Shown piece by piece: positions 35,661 to 48,129 of a DNA stretch of 64,000 nucleotides. The position numbers and the translations under genes were made by a program. Under the pieces are notes generated by a model, which had not been told where the DNA came from, searched no databases, and was given only the letters and a program-made list of their open reading frames with translations. Position 1 is the first letter of the stretch. Every line of letters starts with the position of its first letter. Location: positions 2,294,001-2,358,000 of the forward strand of contig CATNEN010000011.1 of assembly GCA_950097015.1 (NCBI GenBank), written 5' to 3'. This stretch comes from Macrostomum hystrix. Lineage: Eukaryota; Animalia; Platyhelminthes.

Positions 35661-38314
35661 CTGATCAGCCTCATTTGACCAGTGCAGCAGCTGCTTGGGA
35701 ATCTATTTTTCAAATAACTCACCTGCTAATCTGCAATACTATAATACTGCTGCACAATCACATGGTGTATTTTATGAGTATGAGCAGTATTTTATTGTCA
35801 AGTCACTCGATTCCCAAGTTAAAAAAAGAACAGCGACAAGACCATTTATACTTTTCTTGAGTTTCTACTCTTTGCGTAACTTTCCCCCCGTTATCTCTCC
35901 CAAATCTCCCATCTCCCAAATCCTAAATCTCCCAAATCCTAAATCTCCCAAATCCTAAATCTCCCAAATCCTAAATCTCCCAAATCCTAAATCTCCCAAA
36001 TCCTAAATCTCCCAAATCCTAAATCTCCCAAATCCTAAATCTCCCAAATCCTAAATCTCCCAAATCCTAAATCTCCCAAATCCTAAATCTCCCAAATCCT
36101 AAATCTCCCAAATCTCCCATCTCCCAAATCCTAAATCTCCCAAATCCTAAATCTCCCAAATCCTAAATCTCCCAAATCCTAAATCTCCCAAATCCTAAAT
36201 CTCCCAAATCCTAAATCTCCCAAATCCTAAATCTCCCAAATCCTAAATCTCCCAAATCCTAAATCTCCCAAATCCTAAATCTCCCAAATCCTACATCTCC
36301 CAAATCTCCCATCTCGCAAACCTCCCTTTTCCCAAATCTCCCATCTCCCACATCTTCCATCTCCCAAACCTCCCATTTCCCAAATCTCCAATCTACCAAA
36401 CCTCCCATTACCCAAATCTCCCATCTCCCAAATCTCCCATCTCCCAAATCTCCAATCTCCCAAACCTCCCATTTCCCAAATCTCCAATCTCCCAAACCTC
36501 CCAAACTAAAGATGTTTAAATTGCCTAAGGGTTTAAGATAGATAAAAACGCACAAAAATTCAAAATCGAAGCTGGAATCGAATATAGAATCGAAGCTGGA
36601 ATCGTATAAAGAATCGAAGCCAGAATGGTATATAGAATCGAAGCTAGAATCGAATATAGAATCGAAGCTAGAATCGAATATAGAATCGAAGCTAGAATCG
36701 TATATAGAATCGAAGCTAGAATCGAATATAGAATCGAAGCTAGAATCGAATATAGAATCGAAGCTAGAATCGAATATAGAATCGAAGCTAGAATCGAATA
36801 TAGAATCGAAGCTAGAATCGAATATAGAATCGAAGCTAGAATCGAATATAGAATCGAAGCTAGAATCGGATATAGAATCAAATCGTGTATAGAATCGAAG
36901 CTAGTATCGTATATAGAATCGAAGCTAGAATCGAATATAGAATCGAAGCTAGTATCGAATATAGAATCGAAGCTAGAATCCTGATCAGCCTCATTTGACC
37001 AGTGCAGCAGCTGCTTGGGAATCTATTTTTCAAATAACTCACCTGCTAATCTGCAATACTATAATACTGCTGCACAATCACATGGTGTATTTTATGAGTA
37101 TGAGCAGTATTTTATTGTCAAGTCACTCGATTCCCAAGTTAAAAAAAGAACAGCGACAAGACCATTTATACTTTTCTTGAGTTTCTACTCTTTGCGTAAC
37201 TTTCCCCCCGTTATCTCTCCCAAATCTCCCATCTCCCAAATCCTAAATCTCCCAAATCCTAAATCTCCCAAATCCTAAATCTCCCAAATCCTAAATCTCC
37301 CAAATCCTAAATCTCCCAAATCCTAAATCTCCCAAATCCTAAATCTCCCAAATCCTAAATCTCCCAAATCCTAAATCTCCCAAATCCTAAATCTCCCAAA
37401 TCCTAAATCTCCCAAATCCTAAATCTCCCAAATCTCCCATCTCCCAAATCCTAAATCTCCCAAATCCTAAATCTCCCAAATCCTAAATCTCCCAAATCCT
37501 AAATCTCCCAAATCCTAAATCTCCCAAATCCTAAATCTCCCAAATCCTAAATCTCCCAAATCCTAAATCTCCCAAATCCTAAATCTCCCAAATCCTAAAT
37601 CTCCCAAATCCTAAATCTCCCAAATCCTACATCTCCCAAATCTCCCATCTCGCAAACCTCCCTTTTCCCAAATCTCCCATCTCCCACATCTTCCATCTCC
37701 CAAACCTCCCATTTCCCAAATCTCCAATCTACCAAACCTCCCATTACCCAAATCTCCCATCTCCCAAATCTCCCATCTCCCAAATCTCCAATCTCCCAAA
37801 CCTCCCATTTCCCAAATCTCCAATCTCCCAAACCTCCCAAACTAAAGATGTTTAAATTGCCTAAGGGTTTACGATAGATAAAAACGCACAAAAATTCAAA
37901 ATCGAAGCTGGAATCGAATATAGAATCGAAGCTGGAATCGTATAAAGAATCGAAGCCAGAATGGTATATAGAATCGAAGCTAGAATCGAATATAGAATCG
38001 AAGCTAGAATCGTATATAGAATCGAAGCTAGAATCGTATATAGAATCGAAGCTAGAATCGAATATAGAATCGAAGCTAGAATCGAATATAGAATCGAAGC
38101 TAGAATCGAATATAGAATCGAAGCTAGAATCGAATATAGAATCGAAGCTAGAATCGAATATAGAATCGAAGCTAGAATCGAATATAGAATCGAAGCTAGA
38201 ATCGGATATAGAATCAAATCGTGTATAGAATCGAAGCTAGTATCGTATATAGAATCGAAGCTAGAATCGAATATAGAATCGAAGCTAGTATCGAATATAG
38301 AATCGAAGCTAGAA
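35659..38314 (+). repeat. Two tandem copies (1320 and ~1336 bp) of a composite unit derived from 32752-35660
   Basis: TCCTGATCAGCCTCATTTGACC starts at 32752, 35659 and 36979. Each copy = unique block + C-rich array + ACTAAAGATG block + AATCGAAGCT array. Confidence 0.93.
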
Positions 38315-40883
38315 TCGTATATAGAATCGAAGCTAGAATCGAATATAGAATCGAAGCTAGAATCGAATATAGAATCGAAGCTAGAATCGAATATAGAATC
38401 GAAGCTAGAATCGAATATAGAATCGAAGCTAGAATCGAATATAGAATCGAAGCTAGAATCGAATATAGAATCGAAGCTAGAATCGAATATAGAATCGAAG
38501 CTAGAATCGTATATAGAATCGAAGCTAGAATCGTATATAGAATCGAAGCTAGATGGTTTATTAAGTCTTGCTTTACTGTGACTAATATTTATTCGAAAGA
38601 ATTAATTCTAATAAATATTGCACTGGTTTTTCATAAAACATTTTTGTGAGTGTAATCTGTGTCCAGATTTGTACCAGAAAATCTAATTCTGCTTCTAATT
38701 AAATATAAAAAGAGTTCCTCATTCACGGGCACGTTCGCTTGCTTCAAAATTACTTTGTCCCTTCTGTTCTTTTAGTGCAAATGTTGAGCAAAAAATATAT
38801 ATGGTATTTCAGTACTTATCTGTCGAAATGATTTGATTGTGTTGACTGTTGATAATTTTCTGAAAGATGTCGAATTAAAAATTTTGGCATGTCGAAATAG
38901 GTCTATATTGCCCGGAAAGTTTCATATTTTGTTTTGTGAAACTTTTTTGTCGAAATTAGTTTTTTGTGTCGAAAATCGTTTATTTTGTACATTTATTGTA
39001 TTAGATTTTTTACAACAACGGTAGGATTAATGTCGAATAGTGTCAATTTTATGTCGAAATTATCAGAAAAATTTCCGAAAGTATTTGACTCCATATCAAA
39101 AGTGTTGAACAGGCTGGTTAATGATCTGATGCGTATACTGTACAAATACTGACGAAGCAAGTAAGGAAATATTCACTAAATCACTAGACTTCCCTACTAG
39201 GACAGTGTGGGCCAGCACATCGTCAGTCCGGCAACCTGAGTTACTCAATGAATATTTTCAATTTCCCTTCATTGGCCAATTTGGCCAGTCAATTTGGGAT
39301 CAAGTTTCAGCAGAAAGAACGACTGGGAGCTGTGAAATCGGAACTGAAATAATCGCTTTCTACGTGTGTGGCATCTGCTCTGCACGTACTGAAGTCAGGA
39401 CTCAGGATTTCTACTGGCATTTTTGTTCTGTGCGCATTTTTTTCGGTATTCTTTTCCTGTGCAGTTGACGATAAAACTCTCAGAATGGGAAATGCATGTA
39501 TTAAACAAGAATTAGTTTTAAAAGTGCACCATTTTATTTACGACCGATACGGCCCGTAATGGTATCTGGCCTTATAACAAGTAAACAACCGCAGCGGCAG
39601 CGCATCGGTTTCGGTACATGCGCACCAGTCAGATTAAAGACTATATTTAGAAGCTTTTCCCAGTGTTTATCACGTGGGTCTTTGGCTGCCTTTAACTTCA
39701 AGCCTCGCTGCGAGCAGGGAAAAAATAAAAGTACAAGCTCTGTTTGTCGTTGAATAATCCTAGGAGAATTCGGGTTGCAGCTAATCAAACTCTACCAAGT
39801 AGCAATGCCAAGAATTTGATCGAATTTCTGTCTACAGTCAGCCTCCCAAACTTGAAAAGGAACCAGCTAGACATGCTGAATTACATTAGAATGCTTCGAC
39901 AATTTAGAAGGCAGAAATTCATAAGCAGTTTAGACAGGACTTCATTGTGCTTTCAATTGAATTTAGAATTCTGATCGTGTTTTCATTATTTTTCAAATCA
40001 ATGAGTGTTTCTAGTCACAATTGTCCCTCTTCATTTTGTCTGCGGCTTCCTCTGTATCTCCACGTCCCCAGTCTCTCTGCCCCTTCCACTACCTCTCTGC
40101 CCCTTCCCCAGTCTCTCTGCCCCTTCCCCCTACCTCTCCTCTGCCCCTTCCTCGTTCCCAGTCTCACTGCCCCTTCCTGTCTCTGCCCTTTCCGTCTCTC
40201 CCCTTCCTCTTACACTCTCCCCCCAACTTGTCTGTCTCCCGTTCCTCTCCACAAAAAAGATTTTTCAATTGTTACCAGTCACAGTTGTGCTGTTGCTGTT
40301 GTGCAATTAAAAAAAATTAATTCTGCATGCAGCTATTTTGTTTTCTAGAATTACAGAAAAGTGTGTTTTTACGCCACTGCGCAATGACAAATACATGCGC
40401 AGTTTTTGCTGTTCTGTTTCGTCCCTGCGGCTGCGGGCAGCGAGTATGCAACCACTTTTCTGTTCCACCATCGTCAGAAATTCACAAATATGTTTTTGTG
40501 TCGCCAATGCGCCATTCATCGTAACAATGATTCCCACGGCCACTAGCTTCAAAAGCGCGGCAAAGTTTCTAGTAGGGCCTGGTTGCATTCTGGTTTAAGT
40601 TGAATTCAAATTGATCTACGTGAATTTTCAAATACCCATATTTTCTTTTTTTGCATCTCCCAAAATAAAAAAAACCAATCGCCATGAAAAATCCACGAGA
40701 CGGCCGCTAACATTTTCCGCTCTTTCAGTTGAAACAAGTTGCACAGAATCACAAAACATCGGCATCGTCGAGATATTCAACGATTCTCGTAGTTGACTGT
40801 CTGGCTGCAAAAATCACCAATAGGCATAATTTATCTGCTTACAAAATTTCATCATGAAACCATGTCGGCTATGATTGTTGATT

Positions 40884-41456
40884 CTCTATCTATTTGCAGG
40901 GGGCCCGGGGCACTTGTCGCACAAGCGACGGAGCGGCACGCCCCCAGACCGGCGAATTAGGCGCTTAGCGCCCATCGCGCCGCCTCACCTGAGCAGGCAC
41001 CACACACAGCAGCACAGACCAGCCGGGGAGGGCAGGAGGCACCCAGAATAGGCAGTAGTGCCCCCACCCCAGCCCCACACGCACAGAGCCGGAGGGCGGA
41101 AGGCTGATAAGAAATCAGTCCTCAGGGGGGTGATGAGTGTACACATATCCAATCGCGCTGACGGAAGTCCAGAAAGCGCGCGGCGGTGTACACCCGCCCC
41201 CCAGCCCCCGCAGGGCCTCACGCCCCAGCGCCAACGCACACAACTCACACAACGCAGAACAGGCACACACAGAAAGGTAGGAGCGAAGCTATTATTTCAA
41301 GCTTTGATTGCACGAAATATGGTGCACCTCCGCCGGTCGCTACTGTCCAAACCCTCCAACAGGTCCCGAAATTAATCGTGACTTGAAGGGAGATTCGAAC
41401 TAGCGTCCATTGGAGTGCGAGGCAGCGACGCTAGCCGCTGACCCACTCGCCCACAC
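40884..41456 (-). mobile_element. Full-length tRNA-derived SINE family C (573 bp) with 13-bp target-site duplication
   Basis: TSD ATGATTGTTGATT at 40871-83 and 41457-69. Head GGGCGAGTGGGTCAGCGGCTAGCGTCGCTGCCTCGCAC...AGTTCGAATC (A/B-box-like). 3' end ATAGATAGAG. Confidence 0.85.
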
Positions 41457-42169
41457 ATGATTGTTGATTATGTTGTATTGATTTTATCGTTTTTTATTAT
41501 ACTTGTATTATTGAATTAATATGGATTTTCCTCCTAGTTTCATATTGATTTAACGTTTTTCTTCCTAATCACCAGGTCTTCGACAAGAATAGCTTTATAT
41601 CTCGACGATGATGACATCGTTGACCGTTTTAAAAGCTTTAAAAGTTATTTCTTGAAAAGCGATCATTTTGGTTTGGGATCCATCGTGGGTATTTGAAATA
41701 CTTAAGATACTCTTGGACAAAGTTTAACCTAAAAAAGTGCAAAATAAAAGTACACAATCCTACAGACGAGATTTGAGAAGGAATTAATTATCTTTTTTGC
41801 AGCGTAATTGAATTTTGAATAATTAGCAATTGTCAAATCGGGCATTACTGCACGAGATAGGATGGGTCCACATTTCATAGCTTCTGCCATGCACTCTTCA
41901 GTTGGCCCATTAATAATTGACTTTAACATCTACTTGAATATGCAGCTTTGAAATTTATTATTTGTAGAATTCCAGTGTTATGCACAGCTTCCAGTGCCTG
42001 CTTCAGTGCACAAACCCTGAACTAAACTGGAATGATCTGGTTCAGCTCTGGACTTAGCAGCTAATCAAAAACTAATAACCCTGCCGAGGAAGAAGTATGA
42101 GTATTATCACACAAAGGATTCAACACGGATAGATAAAATACCTAAATGAAAGGGTGAGAAATGACGGCA

Positions 42170-42560
42170 ATATCAAAGAACCTAGAACCTAAAAAACTAA
42201 GAGGTGGCGGTAAGATCAAGAACCTAGAAAAAAAGAATGAGATGTCGGCGGTGGGAAAGAACCTAGATGAATGAATGAGATTTCGGCGGTGAGATCAAAG
42301 AACATAGATAAAATAATGATATTTCGACGGTGAGATCAAAGAAGCTACATAAAAGTATGAGATGAGATGTCGGCGGTGGGAAAGAACCTAGATGAATGAA
42401 TGAGATTTCGGCGGTGAGATCAAAGAACCTAGATAAAATAATGATATTTCGACGGTGAGATCAAAGAAGCTACATAAAAGTATGAGATGAGACAGGTGGC
42501 GCTAGATCAGAAAACCTATATGAAAATTTGAGAGACGGCGGTAAGATCAAAGGACGTAAA
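42170..42560. repeat. Degenerate repeats with CGGCGGTGAGATCAAAGAACCTAGA core, including a ~125-bp direct duplication
   Basis: Directly visible; core resembles the 45810-46375 unit. Confidence 0.75.
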
Positions 42561-43779
42561 TTTACCAGTAAGAGGTAAAAGCCGGTGACTCTTCATATCA
42601 TTTTAAAAACTTTATTAAAAGGTAAGCCAAACAAATTTAGTCAATAAAACAGGTTGGGAGTGAGATATCATTGCCATAATAGCACAATAAAAATGACTAG
42701 CTTGGATTAGCTCGCTGATGAGATATTGCGTAATAAAGGAACAGGTTAATAGAGTATAAATTAAAAAAGCAGACAAACTTTTATGTAGTTTTTTAGATTC
42801 GATGCTTGTAATCTCTGTGACGACTAGCAACCTAAAAAAGTTTTTTGAAAAATACATATTTACAAACTAAAGACAAACAAAAAACAATAAAATTTGAATA
42901 AATTCCTAGAATCGGACAACAATTAAAGACACAACAGGAAACCCATTTGTACACAGACAAGCTACAACAAAAGCATGCAGCGAATAGAATTCAGACTAGT
43001 AAATTATAGCACTGCAAAATTATAAAACTCATGGTAGAACTCATTTGCTGTTAATAACAAAATAGAATGCTTTGTAGCCTCTCGTTACATCATAACTAAT
43101 GAAAACAGCTGCGAAAAAGTCAGACAAGGTTTTGCAAAAATAGTTGTTCAATGACAAAATCTGGTAAACAAAAAACAAAAAAGTAAATGTTTCTAAAGTT
43201 CGATTTAAATTGCGTTTTTTTCACAAACAAGAAAAGTTAACGACATTGTCGTGATTAGTAATCGAAGTCATTGTTCATTTTTTCTATCATAGTTCGTGTA
43301 GCCAAATTTAAAATGGCTAGTCATATTCGATTGGTTGCTATTTTTAGAACATGAAGGGAATTCCCAAATTGAAACCCATTTTCTATTGTTAAGTGTTTCA
43401 CGTGTTACCTGTTAGATCAAGAACTCAGCACAGCAGAAATAAAGTTTTATTTGCTTCACTAGGTAAAATCACGATCTAAACACAGTTGTAGATGTACAAA
43501 AAGTATGAGAAAAAGACGAAAGAATGACGCCTTTAGACAAAAGTCTAGAAAAAATCGATACTTCATTAGAAGTGCCAGGTGACACCTGTGCGCGCGTTTG
43601 GCTGCGAAATATTTGTTGTAATAAGTGTCGCAGTTTGAGTATTGCAAATTAAATGTAATGCACTTACTAATACATTCGTTAATTGTAGGTTTGTTTAATA
43701 AAGTTTATAAAACTATATTACTTACTATTTAGAAAAAAAGTTAATAGACCCTTTCAGTTTTTGTTTTATCGTATAGCCC

Positions 43780-44010
43780 GATTAACACCTGATTTAATAA
43801 CTTCCCGGTACCTTATAATCACCTGGTCTAATTATCACCTGACCTAATTAACACCTAGATTAAGTGCCACCTGTACGAATTTACCCTAGGTTTAGTTCTT
43901 TTTGGGCTTAATTGTTGTCTAACCTAATTATCACCCGACTTAATTAAGACCTAGCGTAAATTTTTACCTGGTATAATTGCCGACTTGCCTAATTATCTGG
44001 TCATCTGGTC
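43780..44010. repeat. Degenerate 16-bp repeat TAATTATCACCTG.. (reverse complement of the 48130-48560 unit)
   Basis: Directly visible. Confidence 0.7.
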
Positions 44011-44122
44011 TGCTGATCACATCGTCAAGTTTTTACCTAGACTAACTATTACCGATAATTCGCGCCTGATTACCGAACGTACAATTGACCAACCGATTAC
44101 AATGAGATTCTAAAATGCCAAT

Positions 44123-44698
44123 CTAAAAATTTGCAACCAAGAAAGAGCAAAGCCAGGTAATAGCAGTCATCAGCGAACTCAGGTGTCCAGCGCTGATGGC
44201 AGATGTGCCCTTAGCGGTGCTAGTCCACCCGATGACGTCGACACTGTGCGGCTTTGATGGCGTCTGAAACACCAGCACCTCGTGCTTCTCGGACAAGCCC
44301 AGACTATTGCCGGCTTGCACCTGCACCTCATAATGAGCGCCAGGTTGTAAGCGTTCAATATTGTAGGCAGTTTCACCTGGTGGCAGCTGGGGGTTCAACG
44401 AATGCCAACCGGTGAGGACCCGCCGAACCACGGGCCTGTTGTCCGGACCCAGTTCGGCAACTACCTGGCGAATCCGGATGTGATACCTGTCAACAGGTAG
44501 GCCGCCATTGTTCAACACTCGCCAGCGTAGCAGGAAGGCGCGTGGGTCTTTGCTGACAAAGTCTTCTATCAGACGAAATTTAGTTGGAGGTGTGAGATCG
44601 CCAGTGGTGTAATTAATCTGGGCTCGACCGCCAACACCGGCAAGGTTTCTGGCGGCGATGTACACTTTGTAGTTGGTTCTCGGCTGCATATACCGAAT
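44123..44698 (-). CDS. NCAM: NCAM/Fasciclin II-like, exon 4 (end of FN3-1, FN3-2, GPI signal)
   Basis: Acceptor cactcAG at 44700-44699, phase 0. YMQPRTNYKVYIAARN and LQPGAHYEVQVQAGNSLG are FN3 motifs. Short hydrophobic C-terminus with no cytoplasmic tail. Confidence 0.88.
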   Translation of the reverse strand: MRYMQPRTNYKVYIAARNLAGVGGRAQINYTTGDLTPPTKFRLIEDFVSKDPRAFLLRWRVLNNGGLPVDRYHIRIRQVVAELGPDNRPVVRRVLTGWHSLNPQLPPGETAYNIERLQPGAHYEVQVQAGNSLGLSEKHEVLVFQTPSKPHSVDVIGWTSTAKGTSAISAGHLSSLMTAITWLCSFLVANF

Positions 44699-44834
44699 CT
44701 GAGTGTGTTTAAGCGATTTAGAACATTTAAAAGTGTTTGAAAATACGTCTGGCAGTAAAATTAAACTTTGGCGGTAGAATCAGAAAGTGCTGAATTAGTG
44801 GTGGCATCATGTGATTTACATGCATAATATATTA

Positions 44835-45700
44835 TTATTATTAACTGCTGGCAGCGGCACATTTGATGACACTAGACCTGCAGCCAGCGAGGAGGCAATT
44901 CTGCCCATTTCTCTGAATCCTGAGCACACACGCACACAGATGTACACTGGCACACGCTGACACCGGTGTGTACATCTGCCCTGACTTTTTCATCTTCAGA
45001 CAGTGTCCAATCTCACTGTGCCTTGGAGGTTGGCCCTAAAGGGCGTAAATTGCACCACAAGCCCCCAAACCTTCTCTCTGCGACGGCTTACTCCCGATTC
45101 GCCGAATCCCGATTCGCCGAATTCCCTCTTTGCCGAAAAAATTGCTAAGAACATTTTTTGCTGAGCTACCGTACCTCATTACACTTTTACTTTCGGCTCT
45201 ACAAGGATGTCCAGCAAGTTTTCCTTTTTCCGAAGTACCTGTGATGTTCTTCTTTGCTCACTTAATCTACGTTTCAGAAAGTTAATAAAAATTAGAAGCA
45301 AGTTTACAAGCTAATGAATGAAGAAAGTGCATTTCATTCAAGTTAGTTTTTTAATTAATTTCAATACAATAGAAATAGAGTTCCAATGTTTGACTAACAC
45401 TCAAAGAGGGCTATGGTTATGTGGTTTAATTTTAATTTATGATAAAGTAAGATGTATTGAATCAGGATTCGAGTTAGGAATTTCGGCGAATCGGGATTCG
45501 GCGAATCGGGAATTTCGGCGAATCGGGATTCGGCGAATCGGGAATTTCGGCGAATCGGGATTCGGCGAATCGGGAATTTCGGCGAATCGGGATTCGGCGA
45601 ATCGGGAATCGGCGAATCGGGATTCGGCGAATCGGGAGTAAACCCTCTGCGACTGCGCCTTAAGTGATAGAGGCCTCGCCGCGGAATCGAGCTCAGGGAC
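44835..45700 (-). mobile_element. SINE family A copy interrupted by a MITE
   Basis: (TTA)n tail at left, family A body to 45088, resumes at 45641 and ends with the GGCCTCGCCGCGGAATCGAGCTCAGGGAC head. Confidence 0.72.
45091..45638. mobile_element. 548-bp MITE with TIRs CTCCCGATTCGCCGAAT... flanked by TA
   Basis: Perfect inverted ends, TA at 45089-90 and 45639-40, subterminal tandem units (~2 left, ~10 right), non-coding interior. Confidence 0.85.
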
Positions 45701-45809
45701 ATAATGCATTAACATAATGCAAACGCATTAACTGCTCTTCCATTCATCCGGTATAGTATCGGTAACAGTTAGACGCAGGTTCAATATTTTATTAAGTAGC
45801 GGTGACTAA

Positions 45810-46375
45810 TCAATCGTGGCGGTAAGATCAAAAAAGAACAGGTGTGAATGGCTAATAAGTAGCGGTAAGATCTAAAGGAACAGGTGTGAATGGCTAATAA
45901 GTAGCGGTAAGATCTAAAGGAACAGGTGTGAATGTCTAATGTAGCGGTAAGATCTAAAGGAACAGGTGTGAATGGCTAATAAGTAGCGGTAAGATCTAAA
46001 GGAACAGGTGTGAATGGCTAATAAGTAGAGGTAAGATCTAAAGGAACAGGTATGAATGGCTAATAAGTAGCGGTAAGATCTAAAGGAACAGGTGTGAATG
46101 TCTAATGTAGCGGTAAGATCTAAAGGAACAGGTGTGAATGGCTAATAAGTAGCGGTAAGATCTAAAGGAACAGGTGTGAATGGCTAATAAGTAGCGGTAA
46201 GATCTATAGGAACAGGTGTGAATGGCTAATTAGTAGCGGTAAGATCTAAAGGAACAGGGGTGAATGGCTAATAAGTAGCGGTAAGATCTAAAGGAACAGG
46301 TGTGAATGGCTAATTAGTAGCGGTAAGATCTAAAGGAACAGGTGTGAATGGCTAATTAGCAGCGGTAAAATAAAT
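45810..46375. repeat. 41-42 bp tandem repeat GTAGCGGTAAGATCTAAAGGAACAGGTGTGAATGGCTAATAA (~13 units), NCAM intron 3
   Basis: Directly visible. Confidence 0.95.
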
Positions 46376-46476
46376 AAAAAACGCGGAGCTTTTCTGAGCA
46401 GTTACGGACGGAGAGATCAGACGAAACAGTTCAAAACTAGTAATTACTGGCGGCAAGATCAAACAAAGGCACTAAC

Positions 46477-47069
46477 TCGTATCCTGCCGTCGAGATCAAA
46501 CGCCGCCGGCCCGATCTCGGGTCCGTTGTTGACCCGATAGTGCAGCTCGTAGCCAATGAGGCGCACTCCACCTGTATCAGCTGGCGGTAACACGGTGAAG
46601 GACAAACAAGTCGGTGTGCTTTCCACCGTGTCCACCAGCACATCAGGTGTGCCGGGCCTTCTCGCCTCCAGCAGCAGGGCCGGCTGGGATTGCGCCCTGC
46701 CAAGCTGGTTGGTTGCTGTGCACACGTAGCTGCCATACACAGGTGCCCCAGGCGCAGGTGGTGAGACTCGAAGGACAGACACGGTCTCGTCCTGCAGTCT
46801 GGGAGTTGCCTCCGCGGCACTAGAAATTCCAGGTGTGCCCAGGTCGATCGGAGAGTCATTCAATTGCCAAGCAATGTCCGGCGCTGGGTTGGCTCGGGCC
46901 ACACAGCGGATCTCGACTTGGTGCTGCTGCCACGTGTACTGATGACTTGCCTGGCTGGGTTCGAGTATCACTGGCGGGTAGAGCACCTCCAGAAGGCCTG
47001 TGTAGGTAGCCGTGCCAGACTGAGTGCTGGCTATGCACGTGTACTTGCCACTGTCTGAGGGCCGCAGAT
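46477..47069 (-). CDS. NCAM: NCAM/Fasciclin II-like, exon 3 (end Ig4, Ig5, start FN3-1)
   Basis: Acceptor ggtAG at 47071-70 (phase 1, G|AT = D) and donor GTTAGT at 46476 (phase 0). DLRPSDSGKYTC, C.A.ANP.P.I.W and YGSYVCTATNQLG are Ig motifs. Confidence 0.92.
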
Positions 47070-47149
47070 CTACCGGTTGTTGGGGAATATCAAAATTTAG
47101 CTATCAAAATTGAGTCTTCTCAATAAGAGACCGTCTTAGTTGTTGTTTT

Positions 47150-47565
47150 AGGCTTGTGTTCAGGTCGTCAGACTCATGGCTTGAAGGTCGGGCGTTCGAT
47201 TCCCGACTCCACGAGAAAAATCTGTGTCCTTTTAGCAAGACACTTGACTCTGCATTGCTTCAGTTCACCCACCAGTCCATGGACTGAACAGCCGTACGCA
47301 GCCTTCAAATGAATGTGGTCGACAGGTACAGCCGCAGCTATTACGCGGCGCATCTGAAGGCTGCGTACGGCTGTTCAGTCCACGGACAGTGGGGGACGTC
47401 ACACCCACCCTCAATTACCCCAGCTGATGCTGGCACCCATTTGACAGCTGGGTGAACTGAAGCAACACAGAATTGATATCTTACTGAAGGACACAAATTG
47501 TTCCACTGGCGTCCCGAATCGAACCCCCGACAACTAAGTCGTTAGTCCGACCTTGTAGCCAATAT
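47150..47565. mobile_element. Two CORE-like SINE family B copies joined tail-to-tail (+ 47150-47340, - 47340-47565)
   Basis: GTTCGATTCCC B-box followed by TGTGTCCTTTTAGCAAGACACTTGACTCTGCATTGCTTCAGTTCACC, then the same family in reverse. Confidence 0.8.
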
Positions 47566-48129
47566 ACAGTATAGCTCAAAGATAGATACTTGTAGAGCGA
47601 AGCTGGCACATGTATAGACGTACAGTTCTTGAAACTAAAATATTGCACGCCGGAGGAAGCTTGTATAGCTCACAGAATTTCGGCTTGAATCTATTGAAAT
47701 TATAAGATTTAAACGTAGATCTCGCAGATTTTTATTACACATGTACTTTTATTTGATCACCATTTTAATTTGCGGCTCCCTAGATTCTAAATGAAGTCTC
47801 GCACACCCCAGTTTATTTCGGGTCAAATGATGGATCGCATCTAATGCCTCATCTATTTTTCCTATCTCATTTCATTTCATAATTTTAAATCTCCTGTTTT
47901 TTCAGATTGATTTACCTAAGAGGTTCAGCCCTACTCGAGGCGGTTCTCAATATCCTCATTTATCCTTCCGTTAGGATTCTGGCTAATGCAAACTTGTTGT
48001 AACATTATTGTATATTGAATAACTCGTAGTATAGAATAAGCATTATTCCATAGCATCGTATATACTAAACTATAGAATAAGAAATAATTATTCCAGGCTA
48101 TAATAAGACCTTTTTGACATTTCGGCCAC

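Noticed and set aside
39200-41930. Possible decayed transposase around the SINE C insertion
   Set aside because: No recognisable catalytic or THAP motif and no TIRs found by eye.
29930-46375. CRISPR-like arrays (41-bp repeats at 29.9 kb and 45.8 kb)
   Set aside because: Units are head-to-tail with no unique spacers, there are no cas genes, and the context is eukaryotic.
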